The notes beneath the pieces are model-generated. The model searched no databases, had not been told where the DNA came from, and was given only the letters and a program-made list of their open reading frames with translations. From IMG/VR virus record IMGVR_UViG_3300026512_000009, positions 124 to 64,123 of that record: a stretch of DNA of 64,000 nucleotides; one strand, written 5' to 3'. Below are positions 28,479 to 38,301 of the stretch, one piece after another. The translations under genes were made by a program, and so were the position numbers. The DNA is from a virus (Duplodnaviria; Caudoviricetes). Position 1 is the first letter of the stretch, and each line of letters opens with the position of its first letter.

Positions 28479-31400
28479 ATGAGTTGTATAACTAAAGAAG
28501 AATTTGAAAAGTATTTTACTACAATTGATAAAGAAGCTACTAAAGAAATGTTAGCTGAAATGTTGCATAGAAGACCTAAGTTTTCTATATGGGATATAAA
28601 AGCAGAAGACATTACAACATTAATTAAAGATATAAAAAGTAAAGTAGGATATGAAATAGCTTCTATACCTACTGTATTAGATAATATGACTAAAGTTAGA
28701 ATGAAAAGATTATTCTGGGAAGGTAATAGGGAAGTCTTAAATGAAAGCTTTTATGATATATTCAGTAATGATGTTAACGTAAAAGAGAATATCATTACTA
28801 TGAAACATATAATAGACAGTATAAGTAGTGAATTAGCTAAAGTTGATAGAGAAGGTTTAGATGTAAATAGTATTGTAAATAAAGAAACAGGTACTGTAAA
28901 TATTCCTTTAGCTAGATTAGCTACCGTAATCGGTAGAGAGATAGCATATACTCAAGGAATAGCAACTAAAGAGAATGGTAAATTAACTAAAGAAGAAGCT
29001 GCTTATAGAGAGATGCTATATTATAAGATAGGTATAGAACAAATAGAAAGACTAGAAAGACAAGGAATAGTAAAGACTGGAGAATTACCTGTAGTAAATG
29101 ATTTCTATTCTGAAGAAACTAAAGGTAAAGTAAATGTAACTAATATGCCTTCTGTATCTTTAGTGTTAGACAGGTCAATGTTTAATGCTGGAGAGATAGC
29201 AGATTTTAAAAAGGCATTGTTTAAAGGCTATAACGAATTAATAGGTAATAAATTATATACTGCACTTAACAGTACTATAAATCCACTAAGTAGATTAGTT
29301 AGAGAGACTTTAATTACTTATCCTCCTAAGGAAAAACCTTCAGCTAAAGAATTAGCTAAAGGAGATTACATGAAAGTAACAAATCTTAATAAATTGTTTA
29401 GGGATATTATGGAGACAGTAGATCTTAAACTAGATAAATCTTTTACTGATATGTTATTAACATTAGCTAGAGAATATGAAAACAATATGGATAAACCTTT
29501 TAGTACATTCATTAGAGAGTCTAACTTACCTGAAGTTGCTAATATAGCTAAAGTGTTAGGTTTACATGATACACACAGTAAAGCTAATAAGACATCTACA
29601 TTAGGTCAGAATGTATCTATGATGAGTCCTGTAGAGTCTGCAGTTAACTGGTTAATAGATCAAAAACTAGAAGAAGGTAGTTACCCTGAAGAAATTAAAT
29701 GGTTTCCTACATATGCATTTGTAAGGAATGCTAGATTACATGACTTAAACAGTTTTCTTAACGCTCAGCTAGAAAAGTTTGTTAGGGGAGCCATTAGATT
29801 AGGAGATCCTGTAACAATAGAAAAAGGAAGTATTGCAGAACAAGTTATGTATGCAGGTATAGAAGAGGTATTAGATGTAACTAAAGATGGTCAAACTGCA
29901 GAACAGGCTATAACAGAATTAGTAAACACTATTAAAGATTTAGATAAGAATAATAAAGATGATATATTTTATATCAAAGGTTTTGTTAATGCTATAGTAG
30001 AGGAGAAGGCTACAGAGAGAGCTTTATTAGATAAGATAGCTAGATTAATAAATACAGGTAAAGCATTTAAAGGACAAATGCCTACTGAAGTATACAAAGC
30101 ACTTATAGGTATAGCAGACTTAGTAAAAGCTAAAGATGAAAACACAATCAATACAACGTTTAATGTAGAACCGGATGCTACAGCTAGTGGGTTTTCTATT
30201 ATGATTATGCAGAAATTAAATACAGCTAATCCAGAACAAAGAGCAGCATTAATAGAATTAGCTAAAGGTTTAGGTATATTTAAAAGAGATAAAGATACTA
30301 AAACAGTAAGAGATCCTTACCAGTTAGCAGAAGAAGGTATTAAAAGAATATTAAACAATGAAACTAAATCAAATACAGAACTAGATTTCTTAGATGAAAT
30401 AGATAGTGAACTTAATGAAGATACAGACATTGAAAACAAGAAAGAAAAACTAAAAGATTTATTAGATAGTGGTATATTTAGAAATTTAAGAGATATAGCT
30501 AAAATACCTACAGTATCTCTTATATATCAACAATCAAAATCAGGAGCTAGAAGTTCAATAGCTAAAGATATAGCAGATACTTTAATTACAGCTTTAGAAA
30601 AAGGAGATGTAGAAGGTAGAAAAAAAGCAAATAAGTATGTAACTAAATTACTAGAAAATGAACATCTACCTGAAAACTATAATCCTTTAGAAGACTCAGC
30701 CCTAAAACGTAAACTTATTAAAGTTTTAAAATCTAAAGGACATATTCCTGAAATCTTATATTCTATTATCGAAGAAGAGGCTAAAGGTAAATATTTTGAG
30801 TCTTTCGATGAAAGAACTAAAGCTATGTTTGATGTAGCTAAGAATTTATCAACTAAGTTTAACATACCTTTAAAAATACTACCTGCTTTAACAGCAATAG
30901 ATTTCCGTAATGGAAGAAGAAGAGCAGACTTTAAAGACTTAATGCAATACGGTATTCCTTTAATGAAAAGAAATAACGTTATAGAAGAAGTTACTGATGA
31001 GAATGGTAATCCATATCAAGTAATGAGAGTAGAAGAAGTACCTCTGTTTACTACATTCGGTACATTAACTACACACAGTACAGATGAAGCTATATTAGCT
31101 AAAGCAACAATAGCTACTAAAAAAAGAGTAGGTAAAGATTTTAATATATACGGTATTCAAGATGCAATAATTGCTGATCCTAATATAGCAGCTATATTCC
31201 AAGAAGAGTATATAAAAGCTACTAAAGATGTGTTATTAGATTATGACACTAAAGAAGAACTACTTAAATCTATGGAATTAATGGTAGCTGAAATAGAGAG
31301 TAGAAAATTAGAAGAGAAAGATAAAGAAAGTTTAAAAGCAGCTAAAACTTTTATTAATAATATTAAACAAGAAATAGCAGAAGGTAAAACACAAAAACAA

Positions 31401-34400
31401 ACATTAATTGATTCTATGTTTGATGAGGATAGTAGTTATTTATTCGGGTTTGAAGTAGAAGCAAAACCTAAAAAAGTTAAAACTAAAAAAATACATAAGG
31501 CTAAATCTAGATCAGGATTGTCTAAATGGATGGAGAAATTAAAAGACGAGTCAGAATTTATACGAAGAGTAGGGTATGAAGGTCTATTACCTGAGTTTAA
31601 AGTAGACCCTAATATGTCAGAAGATGCTAAGTATGATCCTACAACAGATACTGTATATGTAAAAGATAAAAAATTATTAACTAAAGAAGTGATAGAACAC
31701 GAAATTGCACATGCAATAGTAAGTGGATATATAAATGAAAGAGCTACTAAAACTAATTTCCATGAAGTACATAATGTCAGAAATAGTAAAGATATAAACT
31801 TACACCATATTACAGTCGCTTTAGATTTACTAACTAAAACAATGAGTGATGACAATAGAATGCAACATATTAAGTCTTATGAAAAAGTACAAGATCAAAT
31901 TAATGAATTTGTTACTTTATATACAACAGATAAAGATTTTAGAGATAAAGTAAATAACCGTTTAACTAAACATACAGAAAAGAGTAATAAGAAAAGACTA
32001 GGAGATAGCCTTATAGCTTATTTAACTAATATTGCGTTTAGATTAAGAGCAGTATTAAAAGCTTTTATGAAAGGAGATTTTAAAAACTATACTGAAAGTA
32101 CTAAGTACAAAAAAGATATAATGTTTAAAACTAAAAACGGAGAAGAAGTGTTTAACCTTAGTCCTGACTTATTAGCTAAATCTGTATCCTCTACTATAAA
32201 CAAAGGGTTTTTATATAGAGCTGTATCTTCTAAAACATCTAATGGTAGTGTTATGTACAAAGATAAGAAAGTAGATGAAATTTATAAGGATGATCACCAG
32301 AATTATACACCAAAGAAAAGAGTAGATGATAGAATTGAACAAGCTACTCTTATTAGAGCAAATGAAGCTATTAGAGCAGCTTTTGTTAATAAAGGAGAAG
32401 CATTAAGCGTTAAAGCTTTAAAAGAAATACATAAGAAACTTAAAAATAAGTTTCCTGTATATGCTACAGCTTTTGATAAAGTAATGGAGTTGTACGAAGA
32501 AAATACTCCTTTACAGAAGATACTACACTATACAAATATTAAACCTTTAGCTGATAGTAAAACTAAAAATGAATTACTATCTCTATATCAAAATATTATA
32601 GAAGATAGTAGTAGAATGATCGATGAAGGTATGGTTAGATTTGAAGAAGCTACTAAAAACTTAACTAAAGAAGAGAAGAGTTTATTAGATAAAACAGTTA
32701 ATAAAGTACCTTTACATAGTTATTATGACTTACCTATAAACGTAAGAAATAAACCTATAGAAGAAGCTTTAGATATGTATTCTAATGACTTTAATAGAAG
32801 AGAGTTTGGGTTATTAGATGAAATAGCTGAAGTAGTAGTAAACAAAAAAGTAGGTAAAAACTTAGTATATAATACATATGAATTATTCGGTGATAACCAT
32901 AATGCAGAAGCAGTAGTTACTTTATTAAGTATTAAGAAGTTAGCAGAGAAAGAAAAAACTACTACTGATAATATAAAACAGTTACTAGAACATAAAGACC
33001 TAAAAAACATATTATCTGATAATGCATTAGCTTTAAGGTCTTATACACATAAAGTACATAATAATAAAGGTAATACTAAATCATTAAGGTATGTACATCA
33101 AACATTCAACAGGAAAGTAGCTAAAGAGAAAATAGAAACTAAAGTCATAACTAGAGATGAATTAGATAATTACGATTTAATTGAGGAAAATGGATGGAAG
33201 GTATTAAGAAAACCTACAGATACTACTATAGGAATTATATATAGAAAAGTTTATGATGATGTAACTACTAAAGGTATAGGAACAGATATTAGGTACAACC
33301 AACAAGATGTTTATGTACCAGACCATATCATAATGAAGTATAAACGTAATCTAGAAGCTAATAATGTAGTTACAATAAACAGAGAGTCTAAGAAAGAAAG
33401 AAAGTTCAAAATAGTTTTAACTGAAGAAGAGGAGAATACTTTAGGTTATATGACTGATGCTAAAGATGTAGTTATTAGATCTACACAACATATGGCAACA
33501 GCTAACGACACTATAGTTATTAGAGATAGATTATTGGAAGAGTCTTTAACTATGAAGATAGGTTCTCTTAACGATCCTAGACTTAATAATCTATTGAATT
33601 TAATTAAAGCACAAGACATAGATCATCCATACTTTATAAAATTAGGTACAGATTTACATTATGAGGATTTACCTAAAGAAGTAAAACAAAAATATATCCT
33701 TAAACCTAAAGTATTATCTAATGTACAAAACTTTAATGAAAATGTAACATTAGTTAGAAAAGATATAAGTTATTGGTTATTAGGAGAAAAACAAGATAGT
33801 ATCTTTAAATCTGAAAAATTAAGAATTACTAGTAAAGTGTTTAAACATATAGTATCTAGTGCTAAATTAGGTATGGTTATAGCTAACCCTAAGAAGATCG
33901 GAGCTGATATCATTTCTAATAATGAGTATTTAGCAACTATGGGAGTACCTGTAACTAAAATAGCTCAATACGGTCATAGAATTATGAAAGAGATGGGAAC
34001 ATTAGATGAAGTAAGATTAGATATGGTACTTAAAAGATATAAATATAATATATTAAGAGAGTCTAGTGGATTTACTACAGAAGAGATTAGGAAAGCAGAG
34101 AAAGAATATTTAGAGGCTAGAGATAGATTTGATAACCATCCTATGGCTAACGCAGTTAAGAACGGGTTTATTAACTCTATTAGTTCAGATGTAATCAATA
34201 ACTCATATACAGAGACTATATCAGGATTACAAGCTGATATCGAAACAGTATTACAAAAGTTATTATTAGATAAGAACGGTAACAATACTCTAGTTGCTAA
34301 GGGTATAATGAAGTTAGCTAAGTTTGGTTACAACTTAGAAGAAGTATTAGGAGGAATAGCTAAACCTTTAGGTAAATTTGAAAGCACTAAAATATTTGAA

Positions 34401-34907
34401 GAGAGGTTGAAAACTGCTATGGAACACATAGCTAAGTATAAGAAAGAAGATGATGTAGTATCTTATGTACAACAATTCTTATTGTCTCCTAAATCAGAAA
34501 TTGTAAAAACAGGTGTAATGATGAATGACTTATCAGATATTGTAGCTAAAGAAACTTACTATAGACATCTAAGAGATGTAGGAGTAAGCCATAAAGAAGC
34601 AGTAGTTAAAGTTATACAAGCATTTCCTGACTATAAAGAAGAAATGCCTATAGAGATAAAAGCTTTATCTGATTACGGTATTTTAATGTTCCCAGCTTAT
34701 TGGATAAGAATACAAAAAGTAGTTTATAATATGGTAAAAAATAGATTATTATCATTTGGTATAGGAGAGATTGCTTATAATGCTTTAGGTATAGAAGATC
34801 AATCTATATTTAATAGTAATATATTTAGTAAATACGAACTTATAAATAATCCATTCGATTTAGTAAATATAAATGCAGTTATACCAACTAAATTGAACCC
34901 TCTTTAA
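28479..34907 (+). CDS. Virion-encapsidated RNA polymerase (N4 vRNAP-like catalytic, zincin-like and C-terminal domains)
   Basis: RNARLH, VEPDATASG (motif A), RDIAKIPTVSLIY (motif B), GIQDAI (motif C), HEIAH zincin motif. Confidence 0.85.
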   Translation: MSCITKEEFEKYFTTIDKEATKEMLAEMLHRRPKFSIWDIKAEDITTLIKDIKSKVGYEIASIPTVLDNMTKVRMKRLFWEGNREVLNESFYDIFSNDVNVKENIITMKHIIDSISSELAKVDREGLDVNSIVNKETGTVNIPLARLATVIGREIAYTQGIATKENGKLTKEEAAYREMLYYKIGIEQIERLERQGIVKTGELPVVNDFYSEETKGKVNVTNMPSVSLVLDRSMFNAGEIADFKKALFKGYNELIGNKLYTALNSTINPLSRLVRETLITYPPKEKPSAKELAKGDYMKVTNLNKLFRDIMETVDLKLDKSFTDMLLTLAREYENNMDKPFSTFIRESNLPEVANIAKVLGLHDTHSKANKTSTLGQNVSMMSPVESAVNWLIDQKLEEGSYPEEIKWFPTYAFVRNARLHDLNSFLNAQLEKFVRGAIRLGDPVTIEKGSIAEQVMYAGIEEVLDVTKDGQTAEQAITELVNTIKDLDKNNKDDIFYIKGFVNAIVEEKATERALLDKIARLINTGKAFKGQMPTEVYKALIGIADLVKAKDENTINTTFNVEPDATASGFSIMIMQKLNTANPEQRAALIELAKGLGIFKRDKDTKTVRDPYQLAEEGIKRILNNETKSNTELDFLDEIDSELNEDTDIENKKEKLKDLLDSGIFRNLRDIAKIPTVSLIYQQSKSGARSSIAKDIADTLITALEKGDVEGRKKANKYVTKLLENEHLPENYNPLEDSALKRKLIKVLKSKGHIPEILYSIIEEEAKGKYFESFDERTKAMFDVAKNLSTKFNIPLKILPALTAIDFRNGRRRADFKDLMQYGIPLMKRNNVIEEVTDENGNPYQVMRVEEVPLFTTFGTLTTHSTDEAILAKATIATKKRVGKDFNIYGIQDAIIADPNIAAIFQEEYIKATKDVLLDYDTKEELLKSMELMVAEIESRKLEEKDKESLKAAKTFINNIKQEIAEGKTQKQTLIDSMFDEDSSYLFGFEVEAKPKKVKTKKIHKAKSRSGLSKWMEKLKDESEFIRRVGYEGLLPEFKVDPNMSEDAKYDPTTDTVYVKDKKLLTKEVIEHEIAHAIVSGYINERATKTNFHEVHNVRNSKDINLHHITVALDLLTKTMSDDNRMQHIKSYEKVQDQINEFVTLYTTDKDFRDKVNNRLTKHTEKSNKKRLGDSLIAYLTNIAFRLRAVLKAFMKGDFKNYTESTKYKKDIMFKTKNGEEVFNLSPDLLAKSVSSTINKGFLYRAVSSKTSNGSVMYKDKKVDEIYKDDHQNYTPKKRVDDRIEQATLIRANEAIRAAFVNKGEALSVKALKEIHKKLKNKFPVYATAFDKVMELYEENTPLQKILHYTNIKPLADSKTKNELLSLYQNIIEDSSRMIDEGMVRFEEATKNLTKEEKSLLDKTVNKVPLHSYYDLPINVRNKPIEEALDMYSNDFNRREFGLLDEIAEVVVNKKVGKNLVYNTYELFGDNHNAEAVVTLLSIKKLAEKEKTTTDNIKQLLEHKDLKNILSDNALALRSYTHKVHNNKGNTKSLRYVHQTFNRKVAKEKIETKVITRDELDNYDLIEENGWKVLRKPTDTTIGIIYRKVYDDVTTKGIGTDIRYNQQDVYVPDHIIMKYKRNLEANNVVTINRESKKERKFKIVLTEEEENTLGYMTDAKDVVIRSTQHMATANDTIVIRDRLLEESLTMKIGSLNDPRLNNLLNLIKAQDIDHPYFIKLGTDLHYEDLPKEVKQKYILKPKVLSNVQNFNENVTLVRKDISYWLLGEKQDSIFKSEKLRITSKVFKHIVSSAKLGMVIANPKKIGADIISNNEYLATMGVPVTKIAQYGHRIMKEMGTLDEVRLDMVLKRYKYNILRESSGFTTEEIRKAEKEYLEARDRFDNHPMANAVKNGFINSISSDVINNSYTETISGLQADIETVLQKLLLDKNGNNTLVAKGIMKLAKFGYNLEEVLGGIAKPLGKFESTKIFEERLKTAMEHIAKYKKEDDVVSYVQQFLLSPKSEIVKTGVMMNDLSDIVAKETYYRHLRDVGVSHKEAVVKVIQAFPDYKEEMPIEIKALSDYGILMFPAYWIRIQKVVYNMVKNRLLSFGIGEIAYNALGIEDQSIFNSNIFSKYELINNPFDLVNINAVIPTKLNPL

Positions 34908-35068
34908 TAATAAGAGGACTCTTTTAGTGATATATAAGTAATTGTAAATATGATTGCTGCAATAGAAATAGGTAGAAGTAAATAAGAAGAATAAAACATA
35001 ACTATAAGTGTTACCATAATAAATATAGTAATAGATATAGCTTTAAGTAGTGTAAATATTTTATTCAC
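34904..35068 (-). CDS. 54-aa membrane protein, absent from the ORF track
   Basis: GTG start with GGGGA RBS; MNKIFTLLKAISITIFIMVTLIVMFYSSYLLLPISIAAIIFTITYISLKESSYY; stop overlaps the vRNAP stop. Confidence 0.6.
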   Translation of the reverse strand: MNKIFTLLKAISITIFIMVTLIVMFYSSYLLLPISIAAIIFTITYISLKESSYY

Positions 35069-35258
35069 TACTTTCCCCTATCAGTCTATCAAACTCACCT
35101 CTTAGTTTTACTAGCTCTTTAGTACAATTATCTATATCTAATCTAATTTCATAAGTTACAGCTGGTGTATGAGCATATTTATTTTTAAGTTTATCTTCTA
35201 ACTTTATAATATAGTTAGAAATATCTGTAATCTTATTTTGTAATTCTTTTAATTTCAT
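35061..35258 (-). CDS. Small coiled-coil hypothetical protein
   Basis: Likely start MKLKELQ with AAGGAG RBS. Confidence 0.55.
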   Translation of the reverse strand: MKLKELQNKITDISNYIIKLEDKLKNKYAHTPAVTYEIRLDIDNCTKELVKLRGEFDRLIGESSE

Positions 35259-35259
35259 A

Positions 35260-35547
35260 CTACTCCTTTGATTTACAATGTTTATCTTTAATAAACTGTC
35301 TAAGTAATTCAACGATATCGCATTCTTCAGCAATATCATCTAAACTGATGTATAACATACCTTTAGTCTCAAGTACATAATCAGATCCATCATCATAGAA
35401 TTTAGGTATACCATATTCTACAGTAACTGTATCTTTGCCTTTTAAAAGCATATATGAAAACATTTCATATGCTTCATTTGTTTGATATATAGCATCATAC
35501 ACCTCATCAGAGGTAGTATAATGATATTCAAAATCGATATTATTCAT
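35260..35547 (-). CDS. Acidic hypothetical protein, paralog of 56167-56454
   Basis: Shared TT..EV...ML.KG...VTVEYG...Y..G.D...T.G...IS..D. Confidence 0.7.
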   Translation of the reverse strand: MNNIDFEYHYTTSDEVYDAIYQTNEAYEMFSYMLLKGKDTVTVEYGIPKFYDDGSDYVLETKGMLYISLDDIAEECDIVELLRQFIKDKHCKSKE

Positions 35548-35899
35548 AGTAATCCCATATAATGTTTTGTGTTTTATCTTTATCTATATCTACATGGATA
35601 AAATTCTTTCCAATTCCAATTCTATTAAACCCTACAAATAGTAATGCTTTTAGGATAGTATACCTATCTTTTATAGTAGCAGTTCTGATATCTGCAGCTA
35701 AACCTTTTAAGTGTGATGAGTTAGGAGAACCTCCTATAGACTTATTATGTTCTTTACATCTATAACCACTATTAATATGGAAAGGTATTCCTGCAATATC
35801 TCTAGCTTTATCAAGTTTTTGTAACAAACTCTCATCCATATTGCATTGTCCACAACAAGGACAATTAAATTCTTCTAATTTAAAATGTTTTAATTTCAT
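35540..35899 (-). CDS. Peptidase M15 family (Zn D-Ala-D-Ala peptidase) endolysin
   Basis: HFKLEEFNCPCCG, INSGYRC..HN..IGG..NSSHLKGLAADI, FIHVD. Confidence 0.9.
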   Translation of the reverse strand: MKLKHFKLEEFNCPCCGQCNMDESLLQKLDKARDIAGIPFHINSGYRCKEHNKSIGGSPNSSHLKGLAADIRTATIKDRYTILKALLFVGFNRIGIGKNFIHVDIDKDKTQNIIWDYYE

Positions 35900-35908
35900 G
35901 TAGCTCCT

Positions 35909-36775
35909 TTAGTTAAAATCGTTTGTTTCTACAGTGTATATTTTAGGTAGATTACTTATCATACCTGTTAACTGCATACCTAATGAGTCTTCTAAGGCAT
36001 CTAATTGATCATTTTGTCTAAGTAGGTTTTTATAGTCATCTGGTAAAATAGATAACATTGCTAAAGATAAAATCCTAAATTCAAGTAAAACATCTTTAGC
36101 TAGTCTTAATGTTAATAAATGCATAAGACTTCTTAAGTTAAAACTAATTTGTCCTTTAAATTTATAAGCTTCTGGTAAAATATATTTTACTCTATCATTA
36201 CTAAAACCTGATACCACTAGTCTTCTTAAATTTTCTAGTGCTTTAATACTGTCATGGTTTACTGCGTTATAAACTGTATTGTTATCATCTTTAATCATAT
36301 ACAGGTATTTAGCAGCTCTTTTATAAACTTCTTCTCTACCTTCAATCCATGTAAAAGGTTTTTCTTTTTTTAGCTCTTTAAGTGTATATCTCGTAGATTT
36401 AATAGTAGGACTAACACCAATTCTATGTCTACTCAGTTCTTGTAACAAAGCTCTACTCGCTTCGAACTCAAATACAATAAGACTATGTTCTAAAACACTT
36501 TCATGTTTAAACTTAAACCCTACTCGTTTGATTAAATTATAATCTTTTTCTCCTATATGTGTTTGTAGATTAGCTCCACAATCTTTACATATACTTGTTA
36601 CATTACATCCATACATACTAAGCGACTCTTCTAACTTGTTTGAACCACAATATGGACATTCTGTACCCATACCATCTAACCAATAACTATCTGCTTTATT
36701 AGTGGTATCATGACTTTGTCTAATACCGTTACTAATAAGCCATAAAGGGCTTGTGTATAATAATTTTACACTCAT
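35909..36775 (-). CDS. thyX: Flavin-dependent thymidylate synthase with inserted CxxC..CxxC segment
   Basis: HESVLEH, SRALLQELSRHR...STRY, NLRSLMHLL.LR. Confidence 0.92.
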   Translation of the reverse strand: MSVKLLYTSPLWLISNGIRQSHDTTNKADSYWLDGMGTECPYCGSNKLEESLSMYGCNVTSICKDCGANLQTHIGEKDYNLIKRVGFKFKHESVLEHSLIVFEFEASRALLQELSRHRIGVSPTIKSTRYTLKELKKEKPFTWIEGREEVYKRAAKYLYMIKDDNNTVYNAVNHDSIKALENLRRLVVSGFSNDRVKYILPEAYKFKGQISFNLRSLMHLLTLRLAKDVLLEFRILSLAMLSILPDDYKNLLRQNDQLDALEDSLGMQLTGMISNLPKIYTVETNDFN

Positions 36776-36978
36776 TCTTTTTCCTTTTCTACTTCACTAG
36801 GAAGTTTAATTTTTTTAAGATTACGCAGATCTGATTTTATTCTCCTAATGATCTCTTTATAATGTTTTTCATGTTTTGGAGTAGTTTCTAATAACTGTCC
36901 ATAAATACCTAATTGATATTCGTGTTCTCTAAATTTGTCTTCTTTTTCTATCCAGTCAGGAAACCATAACTTTTTCAT
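36772..36978 (-). CDS. Hypothetical protein
   Basis: ORF in the operon. Confidence 0.55.
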   Translation of the reverse strand: MKKLWFPDWIEKEDKFREHEYQLGIYGQLLETTPKHEKHYKEIIRRIKSDLRNLKKIKLPSEVEKEKE

Positions 36979-36988
36979 TAACACTCCT

Positions 36989-37381
36989 TTATATATAGTC
37001 TAATATGATTTCAAATAAGTCGTATTTACTTAACCTATTTAAAGTAGTTTGGTAATTGTGTTTTATATAGTCATCTAAACACTCTTTATTCTTGACTTGG
37101 GTTTTTATCCATTTTCTCACGATCTCTTTATTAAAGCCATTAAGAAATAAAAAATATTCATCAGTAGCTTTAATATGAATCATTTTATCATTTAAAAATA
37201 TTTCACTGTCTAAAGGTTTTGGAAATATGTCTTTAGATGTCCATATAAGATCATCTTTATTAAAAGTACTTAACGGACAAGACTTGTTTTTAGCTTTAAA
37301 TACTCCACAATTATAGTGTATCCAATAATCTAATTTACCTCTAACACTTTGATAGTTTTCAAGAGTTGATTGTATTATCAT
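36989..37381 (-). CDS. Hypothetical protein
   Basis: 130-aa ORF. Confidence 0.6.
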   Translation of the reverse strand: MIIQSTLENYQSVRGKLDYWIHYNCGVFKAKNKSCPLSTFNKDDLIWTSKDIFPKPLDSEIFLNDKMIHIKATDEYFLFLNGFNKEIVRKWIKTQVKNKECLDDYIKHNYQTTLNRLSKYDLFEIILDYI

Positions 37382-37805
37382 TTTCTATAAACCTCAAATA
37401 GTCTTTAACTAAGTAATCGACAGAATCAAGTTCTTTAGCACTTTTAACTAAGATTGTAGGTACTTTAATAAAAGTATTAGTATACTCAACTAAATCCAAT
37501 TCTAAAGACTTTAACCATCTGTTATAAAATCCAGGCTGGTATAAACTTTTACCTTTTACCATCGTACCTTTAATTCTACCTATAGTAACATCTTTAAACA
37601 CATTTTTAAGTATTAACGATAAAGTAGGAATATACTTATCATATGTATTATATTTATCGATAGGGATTTGAAGCTCTACTAACTTTAACATTACTACATC
37701 TGAATTAAAAGGTATAGCTTTATCTATCTTATATATAAACTTATTTATAGAGTTTAACTGCTGTGTTGTAAATCTTACATTAAATAGTTTTAAATCTGAA
37801 AGCAT
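37359..37805 (-). CDS. Hypothetical protein
   Basis: 148-aa ORF with RBS. Confidence 0.6.
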   Translation of the reverse strand: MLSDLKLFNVRFTTQQLNSINKFIYKIDKAIPFNSDVVMLKLVELQIPIDKYNTYDKYIPTLSLILKNVFKDVTIGRIKGTMVKGKSLYQPGFYNRWLKSLELDLVEYTNTFIKVPTILVKSAKELDSVDYLVKDYLRFIENDNTINS

Positions 37806-37808
37806 GTC

Positions 37809-38066
37809 TTATCCTTTAGGTTCTATTAAACCCAATTCTTCTAACTTATGTATAGTTCTATGGTGTATCTGTACTGTAACTGATAAACCTCTAATACGTT
37901 TCCAAATAACATATACTGAGTTATTGTTAGTTTGCTTGTATCCTGTAAAATCCTTATTCTTAAATAGTAAGTGTTTATTGCCTTTTATGTCATAGAAAGG
38001 GGTAGGAATTGTACTATTTACAAACTTCCTAGCGTCTTTAGCTAATCCTTGTCTAATACTAAGCAT
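37809..38066 (-). CDS. Hypothetical protein
   Basis: 85-aa ORF with RBS. Confidence 0.6.
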   Translation of the reverse strand: MLSIRQGLAKDARKFVNSTIPTPFYDIKGNKHLLFKNKDFTGYKQTNNNSVYVIWKRIRGLSVTVQIHHRTIHKLEELGLIEPKG

Positions 38067-38301
38067 ATAACTCCTTTAGCGTATCTTCACTACATTTCTT
38101 TATATCTTCCAGTACTTTTATTATATCTTCCTTATTAGTTTCTAAATCTTTAAACTTATAAACTTTAGAAGATAATAATCCTTGTAAGAATACTCCAGCA
38201 ACCATACCACTAGATACAGTTACTCCTTTAGGAGCTGCAGGAGCTTCAAACAAAGCAAACACTTTACTTAATAAATCTTCTGCTATAGTTTTAGTTTCCA
38301 T
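38059..38301 (-). CDS. Hypothetical protein
   Basis: 80-aa ORF. Confidence 0.6.
   Translation of the reverse strand: METKTIAEDLLSKVFALFEAPAAPKGVTVSSGMVAGVFLQGLLSSKVYKFKDLETNKEDIIKVLEDIKKCSEDTLKELYA

Noticed and set aside
28464-28481. Stop-codon readthrough or a reassigned genetic code joining the two vRNAP ORFs
   Set aside because: There are two in-frame TAA codons plus an RBS, and TAA is the normal stop throughout the genome.
4630-34285. Many minus-strand ORFs (60-156 aa) antisense to late genes, and similar plus-strand ORFs opposite the middle genes
   Set aside because: They are shadow frames of AT-rich coding strands, Leu/Ser/Phe-rich, and fully overlap well-supported genes.
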